From positions 10,828 to 74,827 of the forward strand of contig JAPLVY010000004.1 of NCBI GenBank assembly GCA_026396875.1: a stretch of 64,000 nucleotides of DNA. The letters are read 5' to 3'. Positions 16,029 through 24,689 of the stretch are shown here, piece after piece. Within the stretch, counting starts at the first letter, position 1. Each line of letters begins with the position of its first letter. Below the pieces are notes generated by a model, which had not been told where the DNA came from, ran no database searches, and saw only the letters and a list, made by a program, of their open reading frames with translations. The translations under genes and the position numbers were made by a program. The stretch comes from Candidatus Falkowbacteria bacterium. GTDB lineage: Bacteria > Patescibacteriota > Patescibacteriia > Patescibacteriales > UBA12465.

Positions 16029-16047
16029 GTGGACCCTACAGGACTCG
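16029..16047. repeat. 19-nt repeat copy lying within and beside the tRNA-Ala 3' end
   Basis: Identical to 15854-15872. On the minus strand it covers the T-arm 3' half, the acceptor 3' strand and the discriminator. Confidence 0.9.
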
Positions 16048-16102
16048 AACCTGCCACCCCCTGCTTGCAAAGCAGGTGCTCTACCAGATGAGCTAAGGGC
16101 CC
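16030..16102 (-). tRNA. tRNA-Ala (anticodon TGC)
   Basis: The reverse complement is gggccct ta gctc atctggta gagc a cctgc ttTGCaa gcagg gggtg gcagg ttcgagt cctgt agggtcc a. The G3-U70 wobble, the Ala identity element, is present. Confidence 0.9.
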
Positions 16103-16144
16103 GTAATGCGATGGAGATTTTAACCATCGCTCTGATTTTATTAT

Positions 16145-16432
16145 TTAATTTTGAATTTGTCCAGACCCCCCGCGACTGGAGCCTCCGATTCCTGCATTAG
16201 TTAGTGGGCTAGTCACCCATTGCATAAAGGAACTCGAAGAGCCGGTCATCATAATAACACCAATAATTACCGCAACTAAGCCAAGTAATTTATAGCCAAG
16301 ACGAGAGCCTCCCTCGGTGCCAAACTTTTCTTCAAACCAATCGATACGTCCAAAATTTTCCAGGAGCCATTCAGTTTTCAGAATCATCATAACGCCACCA
16401 AAGGCGACAACAATCCCCAAAATAATCACCAT
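16145..16432 (-). CDS. small hypothetical membrane protein (2 TM, Gly/Ser-rich tail)
   Basis: 95 aa, with MVIILGIVVAFGGVMMIL and LLGLVAVIIGVIMM hydrophobic helices. Confidence 0.5.
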   Translation of the reverse strand: MVIILGIVVAFGGVMMILKTEWLLENFGRIDWFEEKFGTEGGSRLGYKLLGLVAVIIGVIMMTGSSSSFMQWVTSPLTNAGIGGSSRGGSGQIQN

Positions 16433-16436
16433 ATTT

Positions 16437-17849
16437 TTATTTGATATAGTTCAATGGATTATACTTTACTCCGTTGATCATCACTTCAAAGTGGATGTGT
16501 GGGCCAGTGGACCAACCAGTTGAACCCATGGCGGCAATGTTTTCACCTCTTTCCACTTCTTGTCCAACAGTGACAAATAACTTCGAAGCATGGGCGTAGC
16601 GAGTTTTCTTGCCTCCGCCATGATTAATCACAACGTTATTACCATAACCAGTGCTCCAGCCAGCAAACTCAACAACGCCATCGGCGGCGGCGTAAAGCGG
16701 GGTGCCGACCTTATTGGCAATATCGACGGCAGTGTGGCGCCAAGAGTAATATTGAGTAATGCGATGACCAACTGTTGGCCACAGCATGGTTCCTCCGCCG
16801 CTAACTTTGCTTACTGGCGCCTTAACTAAATCTTTAATTACCGAAATGCCAGTGTAGCTATTAGTTTTTGGTGTTTGGGTTGGAGCGGTGCTTTCAACTA
16901 AGCGGCGTCCGCCAGGAATAATAATTTTTTGGCCGATAGAAATGTTGCCACCGAGATTATTGCTGGCCGTTAGATCGGCTTCAGAGATATCGTACTTTCT
17001 GGCAATTCTGCCAACAGTGTCTCCTTTAACCACAGTGTATAGCACGCCATTTTGCGGGAGAATCATTAATTGATTGTCTGGTTTGATTAGGCTATTTGGT
17101 CCAAGATTATTGGCCCATAATATAGTATTAACACTCAAGCCAAAAGAGCGAGCAATGGCACTAATCGTTTCGCCATTCTTGATGGTGTAATAAATAACGC
17201 TCGTTCTTTTTTGAGTTTCTGGAGTTGGCGCAGAATTAATATTCGTCCCGCCATTTTCTGAGCCAAGTAATTGCGGCTTACTCAAATAATCAACATTTCT
17301 TTCCAGAACAAATTGATCCTCATTATAATCAATATTGTCGTCAGTTACTGGAATCTCATTAGTTAACACCCCTTGATCGTGTGAGTATTTATCGTTAGCG
17401 TAGTCATGGATACTATTGGGGTTGAGAGTCTCAGTAATCATGCTTTCCTGTTCAAGATTGCTAAATTCTCCAGAAACTAACTGAGCGATCGTGGTTTTGG
17501 TCATCTTTTCGGTGACCGCTGATATCTTCGTTGGTTGACCAAGGTTGCTAATAAAACTAATTAGTACCAGCAGGGCAATAATAAAGTGTGGCAATTTTTT
17601 GCGAACAATATCAAAAACCGAGTTTTCTATCAATCCTTCTTTACGGAAGCGGAAAATCCAGTAGTATATTCTTACTAAAGGACGTTTTAAGGTTAGGCGA
17701 AGAATCCAGGTAGTGAATTTTACCAGGAGGTTAACAACGAGAGCAATTGATTTTTTCAAAAACAACAGAAATTTTACTGTATTCAATAAAAAATCAATTG
17801 TCGCTTTCGCTAGTTTCCGATTTTTCGGTTGTCCATTTTCTGGTTCCAT
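16437..17849 (-). CDS. LysM-domain M23 family peptidoglycan endopeptidase, membrane anchored
   Basis: Two LysM repeats are present (YTIKNGETISAIARSFGLSVNTILWANNL; YTVVKGDTVGRIARKYDISEADLTASNNL). The M23 motifs are HTAVDIA and GSTGWSTGPHIHFEV. Confidence 0.85.
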   Translation of the reverse strand: MEPENGQPKNRKLAKATIDFLLNTVKFLLFLKKSIALVVNLLVKFTTWILRLTLKRPLVRIYYWIFRFRKEGLIENSVFDIVRKKLPHFIIALLVLISFISNLGQPTKISAVTEKMTKTTIAQLVSGEFSNLEQESMITETLNPNSIHDYANDKYSHDQGVLTNEIPVTDDNIDYNEDQFVLERNVDYLSKPQLLGSENGGTNINSAPTPETQKRTSVIYYTIKNGETISAIARSFGLSVNTILWANNLGPNSLIKPDNQLMILPQNGVLYTVVKGDTVGRIARKYDISEADLTASNNLGGNISIGQKIIIPGGRRLVESTAPTQTPKTNSYTGISVIKDLVKAPVSKVSGGGTMLWPTVGHRITQYYSWRHTAVDIANKVGTPLYAAADGVVEFAGWSTGYGNNVVINHGGGKKTRYAHASKLFVTVGQEVERGENIAAMGSTGWSTGPHIHFEVMINGVKYNPLNYIK

Positions 17850-17982
17850 GGTTTTTCTGCTTTTAATACTATCATTAGGGGTGCTTTGTAGTCAATTTTC
17901 TTTTTCTGAAAAATCTGTTAAAATATCCTAAGATTACTTATTTTTATCTAAAAAATCAGGAAGAAATAAACAAACAAAAAAC

Positions 17983-19497
17983 ATGAAAAGTAAACAACCC
18001 GTCATCTTAATCATCCGCGATGGTTGGGGCTATAATTCCGGTCAGGAAAATAACCCGATTGCCCAGGCGCATACACCAAACGAAGATAGTTATTTGTCTA
18101 AATTTCCCAATGGCCTGCTTGCCACGAGCGGTGAAGCCGTCGGGCTCAGCGAAGGCTATCAGGGAAATTCTGAAGTTGGTCACCTCACTATGGGTGCTGG
18201 TCGAATTATCTTTCAACCACTCACTCGTATTGATAAAGCGATTGCTACTGGAGATTTTTTTAAAAATCCAGCTTTCCTGGGAGTTATAAAAAATTGCCAG
18301 ACCAATAAAACCAAGCTTCATTTGATCGGTTTGCTCCAAGATCAAGGAGTCCACTCTCACATCAACCACCTTTTTGCCCTGCTCGATTTGTGTAAACAGC
18401 AAAATTTTCATGATGTCTTAATTCACGTTATTACTGATGGCCGTGATGCGCCGGTCACCGAAAGCATCCAGCACTTGGAGAAGTTACAGAGTAAGCTCGC
18501 GGTTCTTGGATTCGGGAAAGTAGTAACTATTAGCAGTCGTTATTACACAATGGATCGTGATAATCGTTGGGAGAGAACCGAAAAAGCCTATGACACGATT
18601 GTCTTGGGTCAGGGTCCTGAATTTAATGATCCCATTACAGAAGTGAAGGCTTGTCACCAGAATAAAGAGTTTGATGAATTTATTCAGCCCAGAAGAGTCA
18701 CTGACTATAATGGTTTTGCGGCAAACGATGGAGTTATTTTTTTCAATTTCCGCACAGATCGTCCAAGACAATTAACCAAGGCAATCATTGACCAGGATTT
18801 TGTTGGTTTTAATAGGCAAATAATCCCCATCGAATACGTCACCATGACGCAGTATTACGAGCCGAGCACGGCAATAGTGGCTTTCTCCAATATTTCTTTA
18901 AATAATCTATTGGGTCAGGTAGTCTCCGCTGCTGGTTTCTGTCAATTGAGGATTAGTGAAACGGAAAAATATCCTCATGTTACTTTTTTCTTTAATGGGC
19001 AGGTAGAAGAACCCAGTGCCGGTGAAGATCGAGTGATGATTCCTTCCCCAAAGGTGGCTACCTATGATTTACAGCCAGAAATGAGTGTTTTTGAAATTGC
19101 CAATCGCTTAATTGTAGAGATTGAAAGGGATATATACGACCTGATTATTGTTAATCTGGTTAATAGCGACATGGTGGGGCATACTGGCAATATCCCCGCA
19201 ATTATTTCAGCAATTGAAGCCGTCGACCAGGCGCAAGGTCAAATCATCAACGCAGCTCTTACTAAAAATTATGTCTGCCTAGTTCTTGCCGATCACGGGA
19301 ATGCAGAGGATAAAAATGCCGCTACCCAAACCAGTCACACCACTCACCCGGTCCCAGTAATTTTGATTTCCAATAATCAGGAACTCAATCAAAGAAAAAT
19401 TATTACAGGTGGAGGGCTAAAAGATGTGGCCCCGACTATTTTGCAATTATTAGGTTTGGCGCAGCCAGAAGAGATGAGCGGTAAGTGTTTATTTTAA
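17983..19497 (+). CDS. gpmI: 2,3-bisphosphoglycerate-independent phosphoglycerate mutase
   Basis: 504 aa. ILIIRDGWGY and GNSEVGHLTMGAGR are iPGM hallmarks, and the C-terminus has ADHGNAE. Confidence 0.9.
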   Translation: MKSKQPVILIIRDGWGYNSGQENNPIAQAHTPNEDSYLSKFPNGLLATSGEAVGLSEGYQGNSEVGHLTMGAGRIIFQPLTRIDKAIATGDFFKNPAFLGVIKNCQTNKTKLHLIGLLQDQGVHSHINHLFALLDLCKQQNFHDVLIHVITDGRDAPVTESIQHLEKLQSKLAVLGFGKVVTISSRYYTMDRDNRWERTEKAYDTIVLGQGPEFNDPITEVKACHQNKEFDEFIQPRRVTDYNGFAANDGVIFFNFRTDRPRQLTKAIIDQDFVGFNRQIIPIEYVTMTQYYEPSTAIVAFSNISLNNLLGQVVSAAGFCQLRISETEKYPHVTFFFNGQVEEPSAGEDRVMIPSPKVATYDLQPEMSVFEIANRLIVEIERDIYDLIIVNLVNSDMVGHTGNIPAIISAIEAVDQAQGQIINAALTKNYVCLVLADHGNAEDKNAATQTSHTTHPVPVILISNNQELNQRKIITGGGLKDVAPTILQLLGLAQPEEMSGKCLF

Positions 19498-19539
19498 TTG
19501 GTTGGAAAAAATAAATTATCATTCTTTATAAAAAAATTT

Positions 19540-20004
19540 ATGAATAGAAATGAAATTCCAGTTTTTAACGAAAGAGAAGGGAAGTTAGAGGCCGATAGGC
19601 GCGAGATGATTAATTCTTTGGCAAACTTAATGCATGAAAGTTGGCGCCAGGGAAGATTTGATGCCGAAAATAATATTTATGAGCCAAGAGTAAAGGCGAC
19701 CGCGGACGAGGACTGGGTAAGCGCACATAACGGGGCGAGAGAGGTCGATATTGCAAATACTTCTTTTTCAGAATTACCAGCCGATTGGCAGGAGGAAAAT
19801 TATCTTTCTGCAAAAGTAGCAACCGAAAAACTAGAAGAAGTTCTTTATTTGATTCATGACAAGTGGCTGGACAGAAATGATAACTACGCTTCCAGTGAAC
19901 AAAAGACTCAATATTCCAGACTACCAAATGACGAAAAATTGAAAGATCTGGATATTCTGAAAGAGGCAATCGACCTTATGGAGGGGAAGCTAAAAATTGG
20001 CTAG
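19540..20004 (+). CDS. hypothetical protein (weak resemblance to RyR-type domain)
   Basis: I prefer the ATG at 19540 (MNRNEIPVF...) to the TTG at 19498. LANLMHESWRQGRF...FSELPADWQEENYLSAKVA loosely recalls bacterial RyR-domain proteins. This call is uncertain. Confidence 0.4.
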   Translation: MNRNEIPVFNEREGKLEADRREMINSLANLMHESWRQGRFDAENNIYEPRVKATADEDWVSAHNGAREVDIANTSFSELPADWQEENYLSAKVATEKLEEVLYLIHDKWLDRNDNYASSEQKTQYSRLPNDEKLKDLDILKEAIDLMEGKLKIG

Positions 20005-20010
20005 ATAAGA

Positions 20011-20040
20011 AAAAAGAGCGAATTGAATCGCTCTTTTTTT
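20011..20040. terminator. bidirectional intrinsic terminator between convergent genes
   Basis: aaaaa-gagcg-aattgaat-cgctc-ttttttt has an A-run and a T-run flanking the stem. Confidence 0.55.
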
Positions 20041-20614
20041 ATTTCTCTATTACTTTGAATTCTCCTTCCTTTAGTTTAATAATTTCTAAGTCTTCCCCGT
20101 GGTCTTTTAATTTTTTGAGAGCCTTATCCCAGTCTATATCTTGATAATCACTCGATTGCCAATGAGAAACAAATTTAATCGGTAGTAATCCAAATCCTTT
20201 CACCGCTTTTGGCTTGATAAAATCACAATAGTATTCAGCCATCATTTCCGCCCCCGCCGAGGTGCCGGCCAAAACTTTTCCAGTCAATTCTTTTTGCCAG
20301 CCCAGATCTTTCTTTAAGGCTTCTATCAACATTTCAGTTTCTCCGCCTTTTAGAAAAATTACGTCAGACTCTTTTATTTGTTCCAGAAATTTTTCAGGCA
20401 GAGCAAGATCGAGTTGGAAATTTTTGATAAATTTTGAGAGTAAAAAATTGTCACTTTCCAGGGTTTCTTCCCAGCAATCCCTTGTGCGAGCAAAAACACA
20501 ATCCAATATCTTTATCGGATTTCTTTTTATCCCTTTGACCAATTCTTCGCAGAAAGCTTTTCCGCCGTCGGCAGCCTTGTGAACATATCCGCCCGCCAAA
20601 ATATATTTAGTCAT
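20039..20614 (-). CDS. peptidase S51 family (dipeptidase E / cyanophycinase-like)
   Basis: 191 aa. The sequence contains VIFLKGGETEMLIEAL...LAGTSAGAEMM, which includes the GxSAG nucleophile elbow typical of S51. Confidence 0.65.
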   Translation of the reverse strand: MTKYILAGGYVHKAADGGKAFCEELVKGIKRNPIKILDCVFARTRDCWEETLESDNFLLSKFIKNFQLDLALPEKFLEQIKESDVIFLKGGETEMLIEALKKDLGWQKELTGKVLAGTSAGAEMMAEYYCDFIKPKAVKGFGLLPIKFVSHWQSSDYQDIDWDKALKKLKDHGEDLEIIKLKEGEFKVIEK

Positions 20615-20615
20615 T

Positions 20616-21548
20616 TTATTTTACTATCACTTCAAATGGCTTACTCCCTCCATATGGCGGAAAACCATAGTCATTGCAAAAATTATAGATATTTTTACCA
20701 AACCAGTCTGGTTTGCATTCCTGAATTTGGCCAATAATGAAGTAGGTTAGAGCCATCATTAATCCGGAGTCTGTATTCTTTGGCAACTTAATTTCCCAAC
20801 GATGTTTTGGGTGACCAAAGTAAAGATTCTCAGAAAAGCTAATAACCAACTCCTTTTCATCGCGGATAACAAATTTGGCGTGTCTGGCTTCGCCCTCAGT
20901 GCAAGCACGCAGAGAAAGTTTTGGGCCGAACAATTCGTTTCTCTTTATTTCCAACATAGGAGCAAGGGCGGAGTACTTGTCCGGTAAAATAAAGGCAAAA
21001 GATTCGTAACGGCGGAAGCGGGCCGGGAACTTAAGAGATTTAATATATCTTAGGATCAATTTTGGATCCTCCAAGGTGGCGCTTAAAATCATTCCTAGGT
21101 AAGTAGAAGTATTATAGGTATATGGTTCTGGGAGCTTATTATATTTAAAAACACTCTCTGCCAATTTAGCCGCTGAAGATTCTGGTGAACAAGTCATTAA
21201 AGAGGTTTTCATTCCTAGTTTTTTCGCTAATTTTACTTCCCAGGTAGAGTCTTTCTCGCCAGAAGCCGAGATTATCACCGCATCGCTAATGATTTTTTGC
21301 GAAATTAAGTCTTTATAATTTTTTATCAGCTCCTTGAATTCACTTTCATTGGCAAATAAAGCTTTTTGTCCGCCAAAAATGACTTGGCCAGCGTTATAAG
21401 CGTTGCCGCTGCCAACAACTAAGGGAAACTTGAAGTTTTTAAGATTTAATTTAGTCGGACGATTTTTAGCGAAATAAGTCAAAGCTGACAAAGAAGCCTC
21501 GCTTAAAGATACTAGATTTTCTTTTTTCATAAATGATTTTTTACCCAA
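20616..21548 (-). CDS. hypothetical protein (possible SIS-like sugar-phosphate-binding fold)
   Basis: 310 aa. PLVVGSGNAYNAGQ and AVIISASGEKDSTWEVKLAKKLGMKTSLMTC resemble SIS-domain motifs. This is weak. Confidence 0.4.
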   Translation of the reverse strand: MGKKSFMKKENLVSLSEASLSALTYFAKNRPTKLNLKNFKFPLVVGSGNAYNAGQVIFGGQKALFANESEFKELIKNYKDLISQKIISDAVIISASGEKDSTWEVKLAKKLGMKTSLMTCSPESSAAKLAESVFKYNKLPEPYTYNTSTYLGMILSATLEDPKLILRYIKSLKFPARFRRYESFAFILPDKYSALAPMLEIKRNELFGPKLSLRACTEGEARHAKFVIRDEKELVISFSENLYFGHPKHRWEIKLPKNTDSGLMMALTYFIIGQIQECKPDWFGKNIYNFCNDYGFPPYGGSKPFEVIVK

Positions 21549-21645
21549 TTTTATTGATAATTTAATTATAGTGGATATTGATTTTTATTTCAATTTGGGT
21601 TAAGATGAGGCTGTTATCTTATTTAGAATTCACTATTGCATTTTT

Positions 21646-22371
21646 ATGTCCGGACACTCAAAATGGGCGACAACTCATCGCCAGAAAGAACTTGTTGATG
21701 CCAAGAGAGGCGCAATCTTCACCAAATTAGCCAACAATATCTCTATTGCTGCCAAGAAAGGCGGTGATCCTGAAGCCAACCCTGCCCTGCGAACGGCAAT
21801 TGATAAGGCGCGGGCCGCCAACATGCCAAAAGACAACGTCGAGAGAGCAATTAAGAAGGGCACAGGAGAATTGGGCGGTGTTGCCGTGGAGGAGTTGTAT
21901 TATGAGGGAATAGGCCCAGTTGGGGCACAGTTTGTGGTCAAATGTGTTACCGACAACAAAAATCGTAGCGCCAGCACTGTTCGTCATCTCTTCACCAAAA
22001 ATGGCGGCTCTTTCGGTGCCGTCTTGTGGAACTTTGATCAATTGGGAGTCTTTTTGATTTCCGGCGAAGAACTTAATGAAAAGAAAGTTGATTTTGATGA
22101 TTTAGAGTTGGAGTTGATTGACCAAGAGGTTCAGGATATTTCCAAGGAAGAAGAAGGGCTCACTATTTATGTTGCCATTAAGGACTTCCAGAAAATGAAT
22201 GATTTTTTGGCCGCAAAAAATCTCAAGACTGAGTCGGCAGAAATTGAGTATGTTGCCAAAGAAAAATCAGTCGTCAATAATGCTGAAGAAGTGCAGAGGC
22301 TGGAAAAATTCGTTAGCGACTTGGAAGATAACGAGGATGTTGATAGTTATTATACGAACGCTGAATTTTAA
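21646..22371 (+). CDS. yebC: YebC/PmpR family DNA-binding transcriptional regulator
   Basis: MSGHSKWATTHRQKELVDAKRGAIFTKLANNISIAAKKGGDPEANPALRTAIDKARAANMPKDNVERAIKKG is diagnostic. Confidence 0.95.
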   Translation: MSGHSKWATTHRQKELVDAKRGAIFTKLANNISIAAKKGGDPEANPALRTAIDKARAANMPKDNVERAIKKGTGELGGVAVEELYYEGIGPVGAQFVVKCVTDNKNRSASTVRHLFTKNGGSFGAVLWNFDQLGVFLISGEELNEKKVDFDDLELELIDQEVQDISKEEEGLTIYVAIKDFQKMNDFLAAKNLKTESAEIEYVAKEKSVVNNAEEVQRLEKFVSDLEDNEDVDSYYTNAEF

Positions 22372-22377
22372 AATTTC

Positions 22378-22716
22378 ATGATGGAATACAACGAAAACAT
22401 TGGCAAGGCAATGATGGGTATCATTATTTCTTTAGTGATTGTTTTTGTTTTTATTTCTCAGTCATACATCAAAAAAGAAAGGGCTATTCCCTTGGAAGTT
22501 AGGGTGGCCGAGGGCTATTGCAGTAATTTAAAACCATCAAGCGACGATTTCCAAGCCGAATGTGAGGATGGAGTACTGGCAGATATTGTAAATAAGTTTG
22601 AAACACTAGAACTCTGTCAGCAAGAAATGGCCAAAGACCACAAGACTTGGTCCAGGGAGGACTGGCTTGACTGCTACAATAAGCGTGCAGACGTTATTAG
22701 TAGTTTAAGTAGGTAG
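22378..22716 (+). CDS. hypothetical membrane-anchored protein with 4 Cys
   Basis: 112 aa with one N-terminal TM helix (GIIISLVIVFVFI). It is inserted between yebC and ruvC. Confidence 0.5.
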   Translation: MMEYNENIGKAMMGIIISLVIVFVFISQSYIKKERAIPLEVRVAEGYCSNLKPSSDDFQAECEDGVLADIVNKFETLELCQQEMAKDHKTWSREDWLDCYNKRADVISSLSR

Positions 22717-22729
22717 TCCCTCATTATTT

Positions 22730-23215
22730 ATGTCAAAAATAATTTTAGGAATTGACCCGGGAATTGCTGATACTGGCTTTGGAGTAATCAAGGTAGATAA
22801 GGGAAAAATCACCTGTCTTACTTACGGATCCATTAAGACACCAAAAAAAACCGATCTCAGCGAACGATTAGTCACTCTTTACGATGACCTGAATTCTCTT
22901 TTGGAACGTTATCACCCGGATTTAGCAGCGGTAGAACAATTATTTTTTAATACCAACGTCACCACTGCATTGATTGTTGGTCAAGCCAGAGGCGTGGCTC
23001 TTTTGGCTCTCAAGCAAAGGAAAGTATCGATTGTAAATTTTACTCCGTCTCAAGTAAAGGCCGCAGTTTGCTCTTACGGCGCGGCACCAAAACTACAGGT
23101 ACAGAAAATGGTAAAAACTATTTTGAGTTTAGAAAAAATTCCAACTCCCGACGATGCCGCTGATGCTCTAGCGCTAGCTATTTGCGCGAGTGGCGCGCGC
23201 CTGGAAGCTTGTTAA
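22730..23215 (+). CDS. ruvC: crossover junction endodeoxyribonuclease RuvC
   Basis: ILGIDPGIADTGFGVI, AVEQLFF and DDAADALALAICA are the RuvC catalytic motifs. Confidence 0.9.
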   Translation: MSKIILGIDPGIADTGFGVIKVDKGKITCLTYGSIKTPKKTDLSERLVTLYDDLNSLLERYHPDLAAVEQLFFNTNVTTALIVGQARGVALLALKQRKVSIVNFTPSQVKAAVCSYGAAPKLQVQKMVKTILSLEKIPTPDDAADALALAICASGARLEAC

Positions 23216-23219
23216 TATT

Positions 23220-24686
23220 ATGGCCAAGAAACTAAAAATCGTTCATATTGCCTCAGAAGTCGCTCCTTTTTCCAAAACGGGAGGTCTTGGGGATGTTGCT
23301 CGTAGTTTGCCCAAGGCTTTAAAACGTCTCGGGCATGACATCTGTATCATTACCCCACTGTACGGAAAGGTAATTAGCAAAGAAGAGGAAAATCTAAAAT
23401 TACTTTTTAAGGATGTAAAAATTTATTTAAACTCCACCGAAACGGTCGCAGTTAATTATTGGCAGGGATATTCCATGGAAGGACTACCGATTTATTTTGT
23501 TGAACAAGCTGCATATTTTTCTCGCTCTAAGCAGATTTATGGTTCAGAAAAAGAAAATGCGCGGTTTTTGATTTTTAGCGTTGCCTCCTTGAAACTATTG
23601 TCTCTCTTGAAGTTTGAAGCTGATATTGTCCATTGTCATGATTGGCAAACCGGACTCATTCCTTATTATTTAAAAAATGATTTTCGTTACTCAAAGACCT
23701 TAAAGAAGTCTAAGACGGTTTTCACTATTCATAACCTTATTTTCCAACTGGGGCATAATTGGTGGGAGATTCCTGCCGAAGAAAGAGACTTTGGCCGCAA
23801 ACGCTTGCCTCATATTTCTGATCCGGCAATTGAGCGGATCAACTTTGCCAAAAGAGGAATAATGTCTGCCGATACGGTCAACACGGTAAGCGAGCAATAT
23901 CGCAACGAGATCATGACCAAAAAATTCGGCCAAGATTTGAATCGTATTCTGAAGAAACGCGAGGATCGTCTCTTTGGTATTATCAATGGAATCGACTATA
24001 ACGCTTATAATCCAGAAAAAGACGAAGCAGTTTTTAAAAAGTACTCTTATTCAAATCCCGAAGTAAAAAAAGAAAACAAATTATATTTGCAAAAACAATT
24101 TGGTTTGCCGGAAGATGAGGGTGTGCCAATTTTCTGCACTACTTCTCGGGTAACTTTTCAAAAAGGATTTGAGTTGATTATCAAAATCATGCCTGCTCTT
24201 TTGAGGTTGGACGCGCAATTCATTATTATTGGATCTGGTGACAAGAACTATCTCAAAGAGTTGGCCAAAATTGCCAAAAAACATCCGAAGAAAATGGTTC
24301 TCATTCCTTCGCATGAAGCAAATCAAAAATATGAGACCTTGGTTTACGCTGGATCAGATTTTTTCTTGCTTCCCTCGAACCACGAACCCTGCGGTATTAA
24401 TCAATTGATTGCCATGCGCTATGGTTGCATCCCGATTGTTCGAGAGATTGGCGGACTTTATGATACTGTGTCGAACTATTCTCCAGCGACCAAACGTGGC
24501 AGTGGTTTTACTTTTAAGGCGGAGGATGTTTGGCAATTCTATGGGGCGATTATCCGCGCGCTAGAAAATTACAAAAACAAAAAAGATTGGCGAGAATTTT
24601 TGAAGAGAGTTATGAAGCAGTCCAATAGCTGGGAGATCCAAGCTCGAAAGTATGTAGAGTTATATCGTAAGACCTTGCGCTTTTAA
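23220..24686 (+). CDS. glgA: glycogen/starch synthase (GT5)
   Basis: MAKKLKIVHIASEVAPFSKTGGLGDV contains the KTGGL motif. I prefer the ATG at 23220 to the track start at 23190, which overlaps ruvC. Confidence 0.9.
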   Translation: MAKKLKIVHIASEVAPFSKTGGLGDVARSLPKALKRLGHDICIITPLYGKVISKEEENLKLLFKDVKIYLNSTETVAVNYWQGYSMEGLPIYFVEQAAYFSRSKQIYGSEKENARFLIFSVASLKLLSLLKFEADIVHCHDWQTGLIPYYLKNDFRYSKTLKKSKTVFTIHNLIFQLGHNWWEIPAEERDFGRKRLPHISDPAIERINFAKRGIMSADTVNTVSEQYRNEIMTKKFGQDLNRILKKREDRLFGIINGIDYNAYNPEKDEAVFKKYSYSNPEVKKENKLYLQKQFGLPEDEGVPIFCTTSRVTFQKGFELIIKIMPALLRLDAQFIIIGSGDKNYLKELAKIAKKHPKKMVLIPSHEANQKYETLVYAGSDFFLLPSNHEPCGINQLIAMRYGCIPIVREIGGLYDTVSNYSPATKRGSGFTFKAEDVWQFYGAIIRALENYKNKKDWREFLKRVMKQSNSWEIQARKYVELYRKTLRF

Positions 24687-24689
24687 ATT

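Noticed and set aside
15854-16102. Considered whether the GC-rich element plus tRNA-Ala could be a tmRNA, SRP RNA, 6S RNA or RNase P RNA
   Set aside because: There is no tag-peptide reading frame. There is no tmRNA 5' acceptor partner other than that of the complete tRNA-Ala itself. There is no SRP helix-8 GGAA/AGCA motif and no RNase P GAGGAAAGUCC-type P4 sequence, and the size is wrong for 6S or RNase P. It is kept only as an unclassified candidate.
16009-16200. 63-aa plus-strand ORF
   Set aside because: It lies antisense to tRNA-Ala and the end of the 95-aa gene, so it is a spurious frame.
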